From positions 1 to 50,209 of the forward strand of contig JAHFPK010000001.1 in assembly GCA_023266715.1 (NCBI GenBank): 50,209 bases of DNA, written 5' to 3'. The stretch's first letter is position 1. Each line of letters opens with the position of its first letter. Below, piece after piece: positions 29,496-41,249 of this stretch. The position numbers and the translations under genes were made by a program. This DNA comes from Hyphomicrobiales bacterium (lineage in GTDB: Bacteria > Pseudomonadota > Alphaproteobacteria > Rhizobiales > Aestuariivirgaceae). The notes beneath the pieces are model-generated. The model was not told the origin of the DNA. It saw only the letters and a program-made list of their open reading frames with translations, and searched no databases.

Positions 29496-32400
29496 ATGAG
29501 CAAGGGACAGCACCGCGTCTACACCATCGCGAGCGATGCGCCTTTTCTGGATATTCTGGCGAAGGCTGTTGTGCGGGGGTTTCCCTACGCGGACCAACCT
29601 CACGAAAAGCATCCGTCACTTGCTGCGTGGACCATATTGGTTCCCACAAGGCGGGCGGCGCGCGCGCTTCAGGAAAAACTGCTCATTGAAAGCGGCAAGC
29701 CAGCGCTTGTCCTGCCGCGGATCAGGCCCATCGGTGATCTCGATGAAGATGTTCTCGATGCACAGCCTGCTCAAATCGGCCTGCCCGATGCGATAAGCGA
29801 CATCGGCCGTGAGTTTGCGCTCATGGCTCTCATTGATGACTGGGTCGGCGAAAATCCGCAGCTTCGCCTTGCGCACGAACTCAGCCATGCGCCACAACAA
29901 ATTCAAGGTTTGGCTACGAGCCTTGCCGAGCTGATTGACGTCATGGAAACCGAGGAGGTTTCCTTTGACCGCCTGCCGGAAGCCTATCTGATTGATCTCG
30001 CGGTTCACCGGGAAGCCATCCTCGGCCTGTTCGACCTCGTGAGCAAAAAACTCCCCGCACTGCTCAGGAATGAAAACCTCATGGGAGCGAAGGAGCGGCG
30101 CAGCCGCCTCATCCGGTTGGAAGCCAAGAGGCTAACCGAAAATCCTCCCGCAGGCCCCATTATTGCCGCAGGGTCTACGGGCACCATTCCGGCGACGCGT
30201 GAACTGCTGAAAGCAATTTCCAATCTTGAAAACGGTGCGGTGATATTGCCCGGCCTTAACCAGGACATGGACAAGAAAAGCTGGGGGGCGGTTTCGCCGC
30301 AACATCCGCAATTTGCCATCAAGCAACTTATCGAAGCCATTGGCGTGGAACGCCATGAGATTGTGCCGCTTGGAGCAAGTTCCAAAGACCGCGCGTGGCT
30401 TGCGAGCGAGCTCATGCGCCCCTCGGACGTTTCCGACGACTGGCAAAAGGCGCTGGCTGGACAGGGCGGAAGGATAAAACGGGCTCTCGAAAATGTATCA
30501 CTGGTGGAAGCGCGCGACAAAAATGACGAAGCATCGATTATTGCACTGATGATGCGGCAAGCGTTGGAAAAGCCCGATCGCGACATGGCCATGGTAACTC
30601 CCGACCGTGACCTGGCGCGGCGGGTGAAGTCAAATCTTTCACGCTGGAAGATCAGTGTTGACGATTCCGCGGGCGAACCGCTCAGCCGCTTCGGCGCAGC
30701 ATCCCTGCTGGTTCTTCTCATGGACACGGTCGGGGCAAATTTTTCCGCGGCTTCGCTCCAAAACCTGTTCAGCCATCATCTCGCCCGGTTTGGTTTTGAA
30801 CGGGAGCAGCTCAGCACCTCCGCGCGACATATTGGGATCGCCCTCTTCCGTTCCATAGCAATGATTCACGGATTGGAGGGTTTGCTGCCTTCGTTCGAAC
30901 AGGCCCTCTCAAATTTAAAAAATGAATCCCACCTCCACCCCCTTGTGGCCCGTCTCAAAGAGAGCGACTGGCACGAGATGCGCGGCTGTCTCGTGCGTGT
31001 TGCGGAGATATTGAGTCCGCTTTCGTTGCGTCCCGCCACTTCATTTGTTGCCCATCTCGATGATTTGATTTCTGTTGCGGAAAAGATTGCCGGTGAGGAG
31101 TTCTGGAACGGTCCCGAAGCGGAGGAGCTTGAGACGCTGATCGAGACATTGCGGCAGGAATCTTTCCGGCTTCCCCTCTGCAATTTCGTCCGGGCAAGCG
31201 CGGTAATCCGCCAGCACCTGCAAAGGATTCCGATCAGAGAGATCAAAAACGCCGGCACAAGGCTTTCTATACTCGGATTGCTGGAAGCCCGCCTGGTGCA
31301 TCCGCAAGCCATCATTCTCGGTGGATTGAATGAGGGAACGTGGCCACGGCTGCCGGATCCCGGTCCATGGCTTAACCGCCCGATGCGCGATGTCTTTGGC
31401 ATGCAGCAGCCGGAGCGCAATATCGGCCAATCGGCCCATGATTTTGTCCAGGCTTTTGGCGCAAAACAGGTTTTTCTGACCTGGGCACGGCGCGACGGCA
31501 TGGACCCCGCCATCCCCTCCCGGTGGATTTTGCGCCTGCAGACAATATTGAAAGCGGTAGGTCATAAATCCGAGGATATGCCGTCAGACCCTTGGCGAGA
31601 CTGGGCCTCGAGGCTTGACCGGGCCGATAATGCCCAGCCTGCTCCCGTTGGCAAGCCGCAGCCCCGACCTCCGGTTGAAGCACGGCCAAGGCGGATCAGC
31701 GTGAGCCGGGTTGAAACGCTCATCCGTGACCCCTACGCGATTTATGCGGATGCCGTATTGAAACTCAAACCGCTGCCCAATATTGCCGCAGATCCCGATG
31801 CCGCGCTCCGCGGCACGCTTTTCCACAAGGCCATTGGAGACTTTTTCACGCTTTATCCAAAAACCTTGCCAGACGGCGCGGTGGAACAGTTCATCGCGCT
31901 TGGTGAAGACATATTCCGGCCCTTCAGGAATGATCCGGAAATCATGGGCTTCTGGTGGACAAGATTCCGGCGTCTCGCCGCATGGATTGTTGAGAACGAA
32001 GCATCATTGCGGAGCGATATCAAGCAGGCCCTTGCCGAAGTAAAGGGGAGTTTGATTCTGCAAGTTGGCGGAACGGACTTCACGCTCAGCGCGCGCGCCG
32101 ACCGGATCGATATTTTTTCCGATGGCACGGCGCGTATTGTTGATTTCAAGTCCGGGGCAATTCCCAGCACCAAGAAAGTAGAACAAGGGTTTTCACCCCA
32201 GCTCACGCTGGAGGCCGCGATGCTGGAACGTGGCGCCTTTGAACATTTGGGCAAGCACGAGACCGGAGATTTGACTTACATACGGATAACCGGCGGCATT
32301 CCACCCGGGGAAATGAAATCAGTTGATCTCGCGCCAATGGAGGTGGCGCGCCGGCACCTTGCGAGCCTTGTCGGACTTCTGGAGAAATACCAGAACGTCA

Positions 32401-32504
32401 AGCTCGCCTACCTTCCCCGCTACGCCATTGAAAATGTCGAAGCCGTTTGTGACTATGACCATCTCTCGCGGTACCGCGAATGGATATTGGCAGGTGACAG
32501 CTGA
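29496..32504 (+). CDS. addB: Double-strand break repair protein AddB
   Basis: VPTRRA, AAGSTG, TPDRDLARRV, LNEGTWP, RDPYAIYA, ADRID..DFKSG nuclease motif, QLTLEAA. Confidence 0.93.
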   Translation: MSKGQHRVYTIASDAPFLDILAKAVVRGFPYADQPHEKHPSLAAWTILVPTRRAARALQEKLLIESGKPALVLPRIRPIGDLDEDVLDAQPAQIGLPDAISDIGREFALMALIDDWVGENPQLRLAHELSHAPQQIQGLATSLAELIDVMETEEVSFDRLPEAYLIDLAVHREAILGLFDLVSKKLPALLRNENLMGAKERRSRLIRLEAKRLTENPPAGPIIAAGSTGTIPATRELLKAISNLENGAVILPGLNQDMDKKSWGAVSPQHPQFAIKQLIEAIGVERHEIVPLGASSKDRAWLASELMRPSDVSDDWQKALAGQGGRIKRALENVSLVEARDKNDEASIIALMMRQALEKPDRDMAMVTPDRDLARRVKSNLSRWKISVDDSAGEPLSRFGAASLLVLLMDTVGANFSAASLQNLFSHHLARFGFEREQLSTSARHIGIALFRSIAMIHGLEGLLPSFEQALSNLKNESHLHPLVARLKESDWHEMRGCLVRVAEILSPLSLRPATSFVAHLDDLISVAEKIAGEEFWNGPEAEELETLIETLRQESFRLPLCNFVRASAVIRQHLQRIPIREIKNAGTRLSILGLLEARLVHPQAIILGGLNEGTWPRLPDPGPWLNRPMRDVFGMQQPERNIGQSAHDFVQAFGAKQVFLTWARRDGMDPAIPSRWILRLQTILKAVGHKSEDMPSDPWRDWASRLDRADNAQPAPVGKPQPRPPVEARPRRISVSRVETLIRDPYAIYADAVLKLKPLPNIAADPDAALRGTLFHKAIGDFFTLYPKTLPDGAVEQFIALGEDIFRPFRNDPEIMGFWWTRFRRLAAWIVENEASLRSDIKQALAEVKGSLILQVGGTDFTLSARADRIDIFSDGTARIVDFKSGAIPSTKKVEQGFSPQLTLEAAMLERGAFEHLGKHETGDLTYIRITGGIPPGEMKSVDLAPMEVARRHLASLVGLLEKYQNVKLAYLPRYAIENVEAVCDYDHLSRYREWILAGDS

Positions 32505-35500
32505 TGGCCAAATCCATGACCGCCACGCCTGAACAGAAAACGGCCTCGAACCCCGCGGCTTCTGCCTGGGTTGGCGCCAATGCCGGTTCAGGCAAGACCC
32601 ATGTGCTGGTGGATCGGGTGACCCGCCTCATGCTTGAGGGCGTCGACCCCATGTCAATCCTTTGCCTGACCTATACAAAGGCAGCGGCAAAGGAGATGGC
32701 TAACCGCCTGCACGAAAGGCTCGGTGAGTGGGTTGGCCTTTCTAACGCGGCGCTCTCAAAACGGCTCGTCCAAATGGGAAGTGACGATGTCAGCCATCAG
32801 ATGCTTTCGCGGGCCAGACGGCTTTTCACCGCGGCCCTGGAAACGCCCGGCGGCCTCAAGATTCAAACCATACATGCCTTCTGCGAAAGAATTCTGCAGC
32901 TCTTTCCGGTCGAGGCAGGGCTTGCTCCGGGATTTCAAGTTCTGGAATCCAATCAATCCAAGCAGCTTCTTCGGGAAGCTCGTGATTACATGTTGCGCGA
33001 GGCCCAGGGAGATGAGAGTTCAGTTTTCGCCAGTGCGTTGGAAATCGTAACGCATCACACCCATTCAGACAGTTTCGATGCGTTGCTGGAACGCCTTCTC
33101 ACCAAACGCCAGGGCCTGAAAGATGCGATAGCGCAACATGGCTCCATAGAGGGTATTGGCCAAGAACTCAGGGTTCAACTGGGAGTAGCCCCGCAAGAGA
33201 GAGTGGAAACTCTCAGGCAAGAATTCCTGAAGTTTGACAGAACAAAAATTGAAAGAATCATTCCCATACTGTCCGATTCCCTCGTCACAAATCAGGAAAC
33301 GGCAAGCCATCTCGCGGTGTTGCTGAAAGCGTCAGACAGTGGGCAAGCTGAACACCTCTATCGCCGTATTTATTTTACGTCTGAAGGCGAAAAGCCGAAA
33401 AAAATTACTTCCGTAGTTACCGCAAAACTTCTCAAGGCCCATCCGTGGATTGAAGACTGGCTTTCACAGGAGTATTCGCGCAGCCTCAATTTAATTGAGC
33501 AGATTGACAATCTCGCCCGAATAGATGCGACCGGCGCTTTGCTTACGCTTGCGGACGCTACGATTTCAAAATTCGAATTCGAAAAAAAACTGCGGGGCGC
33601 CTATGATTTTGATGACCTCATTCTGAAAACCCGCGATTTGCTTGTCGACAAGTCCTCAGCGCAATGGGTTCTCTACAAGCTTGATCGCGGCATTGAGCAT
33701 GTCCTTGTCGATGAGGCGCAGGATACCAGCCTTGCCCAATGGGAAATTGTCAGCGCGCTGACAAGTGAGTTCTTTTCCGGAACCGGCAGCCGCGAGCTTC
33801 CTGATCGCACACTGTTCGTTGTGGGTGACCGCAAGCAGTCAATCTTCAGTTTTCAAGGAGCCGATCCCGCCGCCTTTGAGTATTCCCGCGAAATATTCGG
33901 GACGCAGATCACCAATGTGGGCCAGGCCTTCAACAACGTTGATCTCACCATTTCCTATCGCTCCACAAGGGAGGTGCTGGCGGCGGTTGATATGGTTTTT
34001 GCGGAGGGATTACGAGCGCGGATTGGCCTTGATGGCCTTCATCCGCAGATATTGCATCACGAATCAAACCGCGGGGGTGAGCGCGGACTGTTTGAGTTCT
34101 GGCCGCTCATGGAGGCCGATGACAAGGCTGAACGGGAACCCTGGCAGGCCCCCGTGGATCAATATCCGCCCAAATCCGCGCTGCGCAAACTGGCGCGAAA
34201 GCTCGCTGAAACGATCAAATCCTGGATTGGGAAACGCCACATTGCGGCGCTTGATCGTGCGGCCGAGGCCGGCGATATTTTGGTCCTGTTTCGAACCCGC
34301 AGTTCACTTTTTGACATTCTGATCAGCGAAATGAGAAAGGCCGGAATTCCGGTTGCGGGCGCGGATCGCTTAAAGCTCTCAGAGAATATCGCCATCCTCG
34401 ACATCATGGCCTTGGTGCAATTTGTTTTATTGCCGGAGGATGATTATTCCCTGGCCTGCGTGCTCAAAAGCCCGCTTATGCCCACACCCCTGACGGAGGA
34501 GGAGCTTTTCAAACTGGCCCATGGGCGCGGCACCGCTTCCCTGTGGACTAGGCTTTCTGCTTCGGGCGATGCGAGCTGCGTTGAAGCCCGCACGGTTTTG
34601 GAAGAGTGGCTGAAGGCCTCCGAAGGAGCCCGGCCCTTTGAGTTCCTGTCGATGGTTCTGATCCGAACCAGAAAGGCCTTTCTGGCTCGTTTGGGAAGCG
34701 AGGCCGGAGACGCGCTCGATGCACTGCTTGAAGCATCGCTCTCCTATGAAGACAGTCATTCCTCCTCCCTCGCCGGCTTTGCGACATGGTTTGCCTCTGA
34801 AGACACCGAGATCAAACGAAATATGGATCGCGGAACCGGTGAGGTGCGCCTGATGACGGTTCATGGTGCGAAGGGACTTGAGTCCAGTATTGTGATCCTG
34901 CCCGACACGACGTCGACACCGAGAAGCAATGCAACAACGGCCCTCATGTTTGTGGAAGCAAATTCAGATGGACCGAAGTTGCCTTTCTGGCGGCTGTCGG
35001 GGCTTGCTCAATCACAGGCCATTGAAGACTGGAAGGACAGCGACAAGCAAATAGAATTGGAAGAACAGCGGCGCCTGCTCTATGTGGCGATGACCCGGGC
35101 GCGCGACGAGCTTTACGTCTGTGGTTACAAGAACAGGAACAAGCTCGACGAAAACAGCTGGTATGCCCTGGTGGCGGATGCCCTGCAGAATCCGCAAGAA
35201 GGCCAAAGCCTTCCGCGTATCGTTGAAACCGATGACGGTGTTAGTTGCTGGCGTCTCGGTCCGGATCCGATCTGGGACGGGATATCTTCTGTCATGCCGA
35301 AGGTAATCCAGGAAACTCCAGGCTGGCTATTCAAAAGTCCGAGCTATCCCGACACTGCTCATGGGAGCTGGCCACCTGCGCGGCCGCCACGCATGCCCCG
35401 TAAAATTGGTTCCGACCTGGCGATGGCACGTGGCCGTGCCATCCATAAAATTCTCGAGGAACTGCCTCAAATGGCACCTGACCAGGGATTGAATTATGCA

Positions 35501-35911
35501 AAGCGTATTCTTGCCAAAAACAGGCTTGATGAAGAACTGGCTGAAAAAATCTGCGGGCTGATTTTCAATCCAGAATACCGTGACTTTTTCGGACCGGACA
35601 GTCAGGCGGAGGTCAGTATTGGCTCGATATTGCCTAACGGCCAACGCATGACCGAAAGGATTGACCGCCTGGTCATTCGGGCCACTGACATTCGCGTGCT
35701 CGACTATAAAACCGATTGGAATGTGCCGGATAGACTCGAAGCCGACCATCCCCATGTCGTGCAGCTCGCCGCCTATGCGACGGCTCTTGGGCAAGCCTAT
35801 AGCGGCAAAACCGTTCGTGCCGCCATTCTCTGGACAAGCCTGCCGCGCCTGGACTGGATTGCCGACGAAACACTCAAGAAGGCCATTTCGGACATGGCAG
35901 CCATCACGTGA
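32504..35911 (+). CDS. addA: Double-strand break repair helicase/nuclease AddA
   Basis: ANAGSGKT, TIHAFC, DEAQD, VGDRKQSIFSFQGA, TVHGAKGLE, LLYVAMTRA, IDRL..DYKT. Confidence 0.95.
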   Translation: MAKSMTATPEQKTASNPAASAWVGANAGSGKTHVLVDRVTRLMLEGVDPMSILCLTYTKAAAKEMANRLHERLGEWVGLSNAALSKRLVQMGSDDVSHQMLSRARRLFTAALETPGGLKIQTIHAFCERILQLFPVEAGLAPGFQVLESNQSKQLLREARDYMLREAQGDESSVFASALEIVTHHTHSDSFDALLERLLTKRQGLKDAIAQHGSIEGIGQELRVQLGVAPQERVETLRQEFLKFDRTKIERIIPILSDSLVTNQETASHLAVLLKASDSGQAEHLYRRIYFTSEGEKPKKITSVVTAKLLKAHPWIEDWLSQEYSRSLNLIEQIDNLARIDATGALLTLADATISKFEFEKKLRGAYDFDDLILKTRDLLVDKSSAQWVLYKLDRGIEHVLVDEAQDTSLAQWEIVSALTSEFFSGTGSRELPDRTLFVVGDRKQSIFSFQGADPAAFEYSREIFGTQITNVGQAFNNVDLTISYRSTREVLAAVDMVFAEGLRARIGLDGLHPQILHHESNRGGERGLFEFWPLMEADDKAEREPWQAPVDQYPPKSALRKLARKLAETIKSWIGKRHIAALDRAAEAGDILVLFRTRSSLFDILISEMRKAGIPVAGADRLKLSENIAILDIMALVQFVLLPEDDYSLACVLKSPLMPTPLTEEELFKLAHGRGTASLWTRLSASGDASCVEARTVLEEWLKASEGARPFEFLSMVLIRTRKAFLARLGSEAGDALDALLEASLSYEDSHSSSLAGFATWFASEDTEIKRNMDRGTGEVRLMTVHGAKGLESSIVILPDTTSTPRSNATTALMFVEANSDGPKLPFWRLSGLAQSQAIEDWKDSDKQIELEEQRRLLYVAMTRARDELYVCGYKNRNKLDENSWYALVADALQNPQEGQSLPRIVETDDGVSCWRLGPDPIWDGISSVMPKVIQETPGWLFKSPSYPDTAHGSWPPARPPRMPRKIGSDLAMARGRAIHKILEELPQMAPDQGLNYAKRILAKNRLDEELAEKICGLIFNPEYRDFFGPDSQAEVSIGSILPNGQRMTERIDRLVIRATDIRVLDYKTDWNVPDRLEADHPHVVQLAAYATALGQAYSGKTVRAAILWTSLPRLDWIADETLKKAISDMAAIT

Positions 35912-35923
35912 GCGTGTGCCGCC

Positions 35924-35953
35924 CTTGACCGGGACCCCCTTGCTACCTACCTT
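35924..35953 (+). promoter_or_regulatory. Putative RpoH/sigma70-type promoter of trxA
   Basis: CTTGAC-N16-CCTACCT; also readable as TTGACC-N17-TACCTT. Confidence 0.5.
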
Positions 35954-35988
35954 CATTCCTCAAACTCAGGAATAGCGGAGAATCACTC

Positions 35989-36309
35989 GTGTCCACGCAA
36001 AAAGTTTCCGATGCCTCATTTGACCTTGATGTCTTGAAATCAGGTACGCCCGTCGTTGTTGATTTCTGGGCGGAATGGTGTGGACCCTGCAAGATGATCG
36101 GGCCCGCCCTGGAAGAGATTGCCCAGACGCTCGGCCCCAAGGTCAAGATCGTCAAGATCAACGTCGATGAAAATCCCCAAACACCGTCCAAATACGGGGT
36201 TCGGGGCATTCCGACCCTGATGGTGTTCAAGGGCGGGGCGGTTGCCTCCACCAAGGTTGGCGCCGCACCCAAGGGACAATTGCAATCTTGGATTGAGCAA
36301 TCGATCTAA
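35989..36309 (+). CDS. trxA: Thioredoxin
   Basis: [11 protein letters not shown] active site; GTG start with GGAG RBS. Confidence 0.97.
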   Translation: MSTQKVSDASFDLDVLKSGTPVVVDFWAEWCGPCKMIGPALEEIAQTLGPKVKIVKINVDENPQTPSKYGVRGIPTLMVFKGGAVASTKVGAAPKGQLQSWIEQSI

Positions 36310-37634
36310 CGCCGGGCGGCGCCTGAAACGCCGGACATCGGTTTATTCTCGTGGAGGCCCAGCACATAGCCCGCGAGATAGAGTGAACCGCAAATGAGAA
36401 TTCGAGGGGCAGGTGTTGTCAGCAACGCCTGCCCCAAGGCTTTGGTGAGAGACGTTGCGGTCTCTGCCGAAAGATTCCGGCCGCGGGCAATTTCAGCCAG
36501 CTGATCGGCGGGAATGGCATTCGGCTCATCGGGAATGGCAATCGTCACCACCCGTTGTGCCAGGCCAGCAAAGGGTTCGATGAAGCTGCCAGCGTCTTTC
36601 GTGTTGAGCATGCCCCAGATGAGAACGAGGGGCCGCGAAAAGCGGTCGTTGATATCGGAGAAAGCCCGGGCAATGACGCGGCCTGCCGCCGGGTTGTGGC
36701 CACCATCAAGCCAAAGCTCGGCATCCTTCGGAACAAGACTGGTGAGGGTGCCCGGTCCCAGCTTTTGCATGCGCGCCGGCCAGAACACGGATCTCAATCC
36801 TTGTTCAATATGGGCTTCCGACACGCGCCTATCATCCAGCAAGCGGATTGCTGCAATGGCATTGCCGGCATTGTCGACCTGATGCCGCCCCTTCAGGTGG
36901 GGAAGGCTCAAGTCAAGCAAGCCATTTTCATCCTGGAAGACCAAGCGCCCATGTTGTTCGAAGGATTGCCAGTCCTGATTTGCAATAAAGACCGGAGCCC
37001 CGATCTTTTCAGCGACGCGTTCAATTTCCGCCCGCGATTCATCAGGCTGAATGCCGATGATTGCGGACACTCCGGATTTCAAGATGCCCGCCTTTTCATG
37101 GGCGATGGCAGTCAGCGTGTTTCCAAGATATTGCTGGTGATCATAGTCAACGGTGGTGATGACTGAAAGTGCGGGCTTGGTCACCACATTTGTTGCATCA
37201 AGCCTGCCGCCCAGACCTACTTCAAGAATGAGATAATCGGCAGGGGTTCGGGAGAAAGCCAGGAATGCGGCGGCAGTTGTGATTTCAAAAAAAGTAATGG
37301 GAGCATCGCCATTGGCAGCCTCGCATTCCTCCAGCAGGGCCGACAATTTTTCTTCGGCAATTGTTTCGCCAGCCACATAAATCCGCTCATGGAATTTCAC
37401 GAGGTGGGGCGAGGTGTAGCAATGAACTTTAAGTCCCGCCTGCTCAAGAAAGGATTTGATATAGGCAACCGTGGACCCCTTGCCATTGGTACCCGCCACA
37501 TGAATGACTGGGGGCAATTGTTCCTGAGGGTTTCCCAGCCTTGCAAGAATCCTCTCCATGCGCTCAAGGCTCAGATCGATGATCTTGGGATGCAAAGTGA
37601 GCAACCGGTTCAATATGGCATCACTGCGCGCCAA
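36306..37634 (-). CDS. folC: Folylpolyglutamate synthase/dihydrofolate synthase
   Basis: [48 protein letters not shown] start just after the accD stop (start inferred). Confidence 0.95.
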   Translation of the reverse strand: MARSDAILNRLLTLHPKIIDLSLERMERILARLGNPQEQLPPVIHVAGTNGKGSTVAYIKSFLEQAGLKVHCYTSPHLVKFHERIYVAGETIAEEKLSALLEECEAANGDAPITFFEITTAAAFLAFSRTPADYLILEVGLGGRLDATNVVTKPALSVITTVDYDHQQYLGNTLTAIAHEKAGILKSGVSAIIGIQPDESRAEIERVAEKIGAPVFIANQDWQSFEQHGRLVFQDENGLLDLSLPHLKGRHQVDNAGNAIAAIRLLDDRRVSEAHIEQGLRSVFWPARMQKLGPGTLTSLVPKDAELWLDGGHNPAAGRVIARAFSDINDRFSRPLVLIWGMLNTKDAGSFIEPFAGLAQRVVTIAIPDEPNAIPADQLAEIARGRNLSAETATSLTKALGQALLTTPAPRILICGSLYLAGYVLGLHENKPMSGVSGAARR

Positions 37635-37638
37635 GATT

Positions 37639-38541
37639 TTATTCAACGCTGATCGGAACCAGTGCCCCACTATTGGAGCCTTCCAACTCCGATGTCTTCA
37701 TCAGAATTCTCGCCACGCGGCTGATGGTTTCGCGCATCTGATGGCGATGGACCACCAGATCGACCATGCCGTGATCTTGGAGATATTCGGCACGCTGGAA
37801 GCCCTCAGGGAGTTTTTCACGGATGGTCTGTTCGATCACGCGCGTGCCGGCAAAGCCGATTTGTGCTTTGGGTTCGGCAATGTGGAAATCACCCAGCATG
37901 GCATAGGAGGCGGTGACACCGCCTGTCGTCGGATTGGTGAGGACAACGATATAGGGCAGTTTGTGGGCGCGCAGTTCCTGCACCATGACGGTCGTGCGCG
38001 GCATCTGCATGAGAGACAGAATACCCTCCTGCATACGGGCACCTCCGGAGGCTACAAAAAACACAAAGGGGCATTTCTTGGTAACGGCAAAACGCATGGC
38101 GGTGATAATGGCTTCTCCGGCTGCTGTCCCCAGCGAGCCTGCAATAAATCCCATGTCCTGGATGGCAATGACAATGGGCAACGCGTCTATCGTTCCGAAG
38201 CCCGCGTGAATGGCGTCATCACTGTTTGCTTTCTGACGCGCCTCTTTCAACCTATCGACATATTTACGTTCATCCCTGAATTTCAAGGGATCGGGAGGCA
38301 CGGCTGGAAAGGCAATCGTTTCATATTCGCCGCCATCGAACGTGGATTTCAGGCGCAGGTCCGGGGCCAGGCGGTGGTGGTGACCGGAGCCCGGGAATAC
38401 AAACTGGTTGGCTTCGAGATCGCGGTAAAAAACCATCTGGCCGGATTCAGGATCCTTGATCCACATGTTCTCCGGCACATCGCGCTTTACGCCCAGAATG
38501 GAGCGGATTTTCGGCCGAACGAAATTCTTGATCCAGTTCAA
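37639..38541 (-). CDS. accD: Acetyl-CoA carboxylase carboxyltransferase beta subunit
   Basis: [44 protein letters not shown]. Confidence 0.96.
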   Translation of the reverse strand: MNWIKNFVRPKIRSILGVKRDVPENMWIKDPESGQMVFYRDLEANQFVFPGSGHHHRLAPDLRLKSTFDGGEYETIAFPAVPPDPLKFRDERKYVDRLKEARQKANSDDAIHAGFGTIDALPIVIAIQDMGFIAGSLGTAAGEAIITAMRFAVTKKCPFVFFVASGGARMQEGILSLMQMPRTTVMVQELRAHKLPYIVVLTNPTTGGVTASYAMLGDFHIAEPKAQIGFAGTRVIEQTIREKLPEGFQRAEYLQDHGMVDLVVHRHQMRETISRVARILMKTSELEGSNSGALVPISVE

Positions 38542-38545
38542 CTCG

Positions 38546-39364
38546 CTAACTCCTTACGCCACGGGCGATATCGCTTACGAGCGAGTGTACCGCTTTCACG
38601 GTCCTTGGTGAAGACTTGCCAGCCTTTGTAAGACTATCCTTAACGGCGGTAACGAGAGCAGAACCAACCACAATGCCATCGGCACTCCGGGCAATGGCGC
38701 GGGCCTGTTCGGCAGTCTTGACACCAAAGCCCACGGCTATCGGCAGGTTCGTATGCTTGCGCAAGCGGTTCACATTCCTCTCAACACTTTTGAGATCAGG
38801 CGCCTTGGTGCCGGTGATGCCGAGAACGGAAACATAATAGACAAACCCGCTGGTATTCTTGAATACGGCAGGGGCGCGCTTGTCATCAGTTGTGGGCGTT
38901 GCAAGGCGGATAAAGTTAATTCCCGCCTTCATCGCCGGGATGCAGAGTTCATCATCCTCTTCGGGTGGAAGATCGACAACAATCAGGCCATCAACGCCCG
39001 CTGCCTTGGCATCACCAAGAAATTTTTCAACGCCATAGACATAGATGGGATTGTAGTAGCCCATCAGCACGACTGGCGTTTCCTTGTCTCCGGCCCGGAA
39101 GGCTTTCACCAGCTTCAGAGTCTTTTTCATAGTTTGCCCGCCATGAAGGGCGCGAAGGCCCGCCGCCTGAATGGCAGGGCCATCCGCCATGGGATCAGTG
39201 AAGGGCATGCCAAATTCAATGATGTCGGCACCGGCCTTGGGCAGGCCCTTGATGATCTTCAGCGAGGTTTCATAATCGGGATCGCCTGCCGTCACAAAAG
39301 TGACGAGTGCTGCACGCTTTTTCTGTTTAAGATCGGCGAACCGGCATTCTATGCGATCCGTCAC
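38546..39364 (-). CDS. trpA: Tryptophan synthase alpha chain
   Basis: [38 protein letters not shown]; GTGA overlap with the trpB stop. Confidence 0.96.
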   Translation of the reverse strand: MTDRIECRFADLKQKKRAALVTFVTAGDPDYETSLKIIKGLPKAGADIIEFGMPFTDPMADGPAIQAAGLRALHGGQTMKKTLKLVKAFRAGDKETPVVLMGYYNPIYVYGVEKFLGDAKAAGVDGLIVVDLPPEEDDELCIPAMKAGINFIRLATPTTDDKRAPAVFKNTSGFVYYVSVLGITGTKAPDLKSVERNVNRLRKHTNLPIAVGFGVKTAEQARAIARSADGIVVGSALVTAVKDSLTKAGKSSPRTVKAVHSLVSDIARGVRS

Positions 39365-40578
39365 AGTTTTACTCCCAGAATATCGGCAACGGTGAAAATA
39401 TCCTTGTCGCCACGGCCGCACAGGTTCATCACCATCAAATGGTCCTTGGGTTTTGTGGGCGCAATCTTCATGACATGGGCCATGGCATGGGAGGGCTCAA
39501 GGGCTGGAATGATGCCCTCAAGCCTGCAGCAGAGCTGAAAGGCGGCGAGCGCCTCCTTGTCGGTTGCGGCCACATATTGCACCCGCTTCATATCATGCAG
39601 CCAGGAATGCTCGGGGCCGATGCCGGGATAATCGAGGCCCGCGGAAATGGAATGGCCTTCGGTGATCTGGCCATCATCATCCATCAGCAAGTAAGTGCGA
39701 TTGCCATGGAGAATGCCGGGTTTTCCTCCTGTAATAGAGGCCGCATGTTTCTTGGTGCGAAGGCCAAGGCCTGCGGCCTCCACGCCGATGATCTCCACGT
39801 CCTTGTCGTCGAGGAAGGGATGAAACAGGCCCATCGCGTTTGAGCCGCCACCGATGGCTGCTACCAGTGAATCGGGTAGGCGGCCTTCGCGGGCCAGCAT
39901 CTGGCGCTTGGTCTCATTACCGATGATGGATTGAAAATCACGGACCATCTCGGGATAGGGGTGAGGGCCTGCTACGGTGCCGATGCAATAGAAAGTATCT
40001 TCGACATTGGCGACCCAATCGCGGAGCGCTTCATTCAGTGCATCCTTCAAGGTGCGTGAACCAGAAAGGGCGGGGACCACTTCAGCCCCCAGCAGTTTCA
40101 TACGAAACACATTGGGTTTCTGCCGTTCGATATCCACCGATCCCATGTAAACGATGCATTCAAGGCCAAAGCGCGCGCAGGCCGTTGCGGTTGCAACGCC
40201 ATGCTGACCCGCCCCGGTTTCAGCGATGATGCGCTTCTTGCCCATGCGGCGAGCAAGCAGGATCTGGCCCATCACGTTGTTGATCTTGTGAGCGCCCGTG
40301 TGATTAAGTTCATCGCGCTTGAAATAGATTTTTGCGCCACCCAGATGTTCGGTCAGACGTTCAGCAAAATAAAGCGGACTGGGGCGGCCGACATAATGTT
40401 CAAGGAATGAATCAAGCTCGGCCTGAAAGGAAGGGTCCGCCTTGGCATCCTTATAGGCCTGCTCGAGTTCAAGAATGAGCGGCATCAATGTTTCGGCAAC
40501 GAAACGCCCGCCATAGATGCCGAACAACCCCTTTTCATCGGGACCGGTACGGTAGGAATTGACCTGTGCTGTCGTCAT
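39361..40578 (-). CDS. trpB: Tryptophan synthase beta chain
   Basis: HTGAHKINN (PLP lysine), [33 protein letters not shown]. Confidence 0.97.
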   Translation of the reverse strand: MTTAQVNSYRTGPDEKGLFGIYGGRFVAETLMPLILELEQAYKDAKADPSFQAELDSFLEHYVGRPSPLYFAERLTEHLGGAKIYFKRDELNHTGAHKINNVMGQILLARRMGKKRIIAETGAGQHGVATATACARFGLECIVYMGSVDIERQKPNVFRMKLLGAEVVPALSGSRTLKDALNEALRDWVANVEDTFYCIGTVAGPHPYPEMVRDFQSIIGNETKRQMLAREGRLPDSLVAAIGGGSNAMGLFHPFLDDKDVEIIGVEAAGLGLRTKKHAASITGGKPGILHGNRTYLLMDDDGQITEGHSISAGLDYPGIGPEHSWLHDMKRVQYVAATDKEALAAFQLCCRLEGIIPALEPSHAMAHVMKIAPTKPKDHLMVMNLCGRGDKDIFTVADILGVKL

Positions 40579-40601
40579 AAAAACTCGCTTTCAAAGCCGT
40601 T

Positions 40602-41249
40602 TTAGCGGGCGGCCTTCGCTGTCTCAATGAATTTCCGAATAAGGCTTAAATCCTTTTTTCCTGGCGCCGATTCAACCCCTGAGGAGACATCAACGATTGG
40701 GGCTCCGGTGACACGGATGGCGTGCGCAACATTGCCTGGGTTAAGGCCACCGGAAAGAATAAAGCCTTCGGACTGCCGCGAGCTGCCCAGCAAATTCCAG
40801 TCAAAGGCAAGGCCATTGCCGCCGGGCAGCGCATTAACCAAGGTCTCGGGAGCCTTCGCATCATAGAGAATGAGGCTGGCCTTGCCCGCATAGAGGGCTG
40901 CCTTGGCAATATCTCTGACATCTCCAACCTTGACGGCTTTGATCACTGGCTTGCCTGTCAGAGCGCCAATCTCCAACACCCGTTGCGGTGTCTCCGAGCC
41001 ATGGGCCTGATATAAATCGGGGGCCACATTTTTATTTATGTATTGAAGTGCCATATCATCGGCATCGACGATCAGGGCCACGATCCTGGCGCGGCCCCGC
41101 GCGTGGTCGGCAAGCGTTTTCGCCTGCTGCACGGAAACATTACGCGGGCTCCTGGGATAAAACACCAGGCCCACAAGATCGGCGCCGGCATTGATGGCGG
41201 CATCGACAGATTCCAAAGTGGAAAGCCCGCAGATCTTGACATCAACCAT
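40602..41249 (-). CDS. trpF: Phosphoribosylanthranilate isomerase
   Basis: VKICGL, SPRNV, QAHGSE, GGNGLAFDW, LSGGL, VDVSSGVE. Confidence 0.96.
   Translation of the reverse strand: MVDVKICGLSTLESVDAAINAGADLVGLVFYPRSPRNVSVQQAKTLADHARGRARIVALIVDADDMALQYINKNVAPDLYQAHGSETPQRVLEIGALTGKPVIKAVKVGDVRDIAKAALYAGKASLILYDAKAPETLVNALPGGNGLAFDWNLLGSSRQSEGFILSGGLNPGNVAHAIRVTGAPIVDVSSGVESAPGKKDLSLIRKFIETAKAAR

Noticed and set aside
37558-38631. 357-aa + strand ORF
   Set aside because: Antisense shadow of accD; no recognisable motifs.
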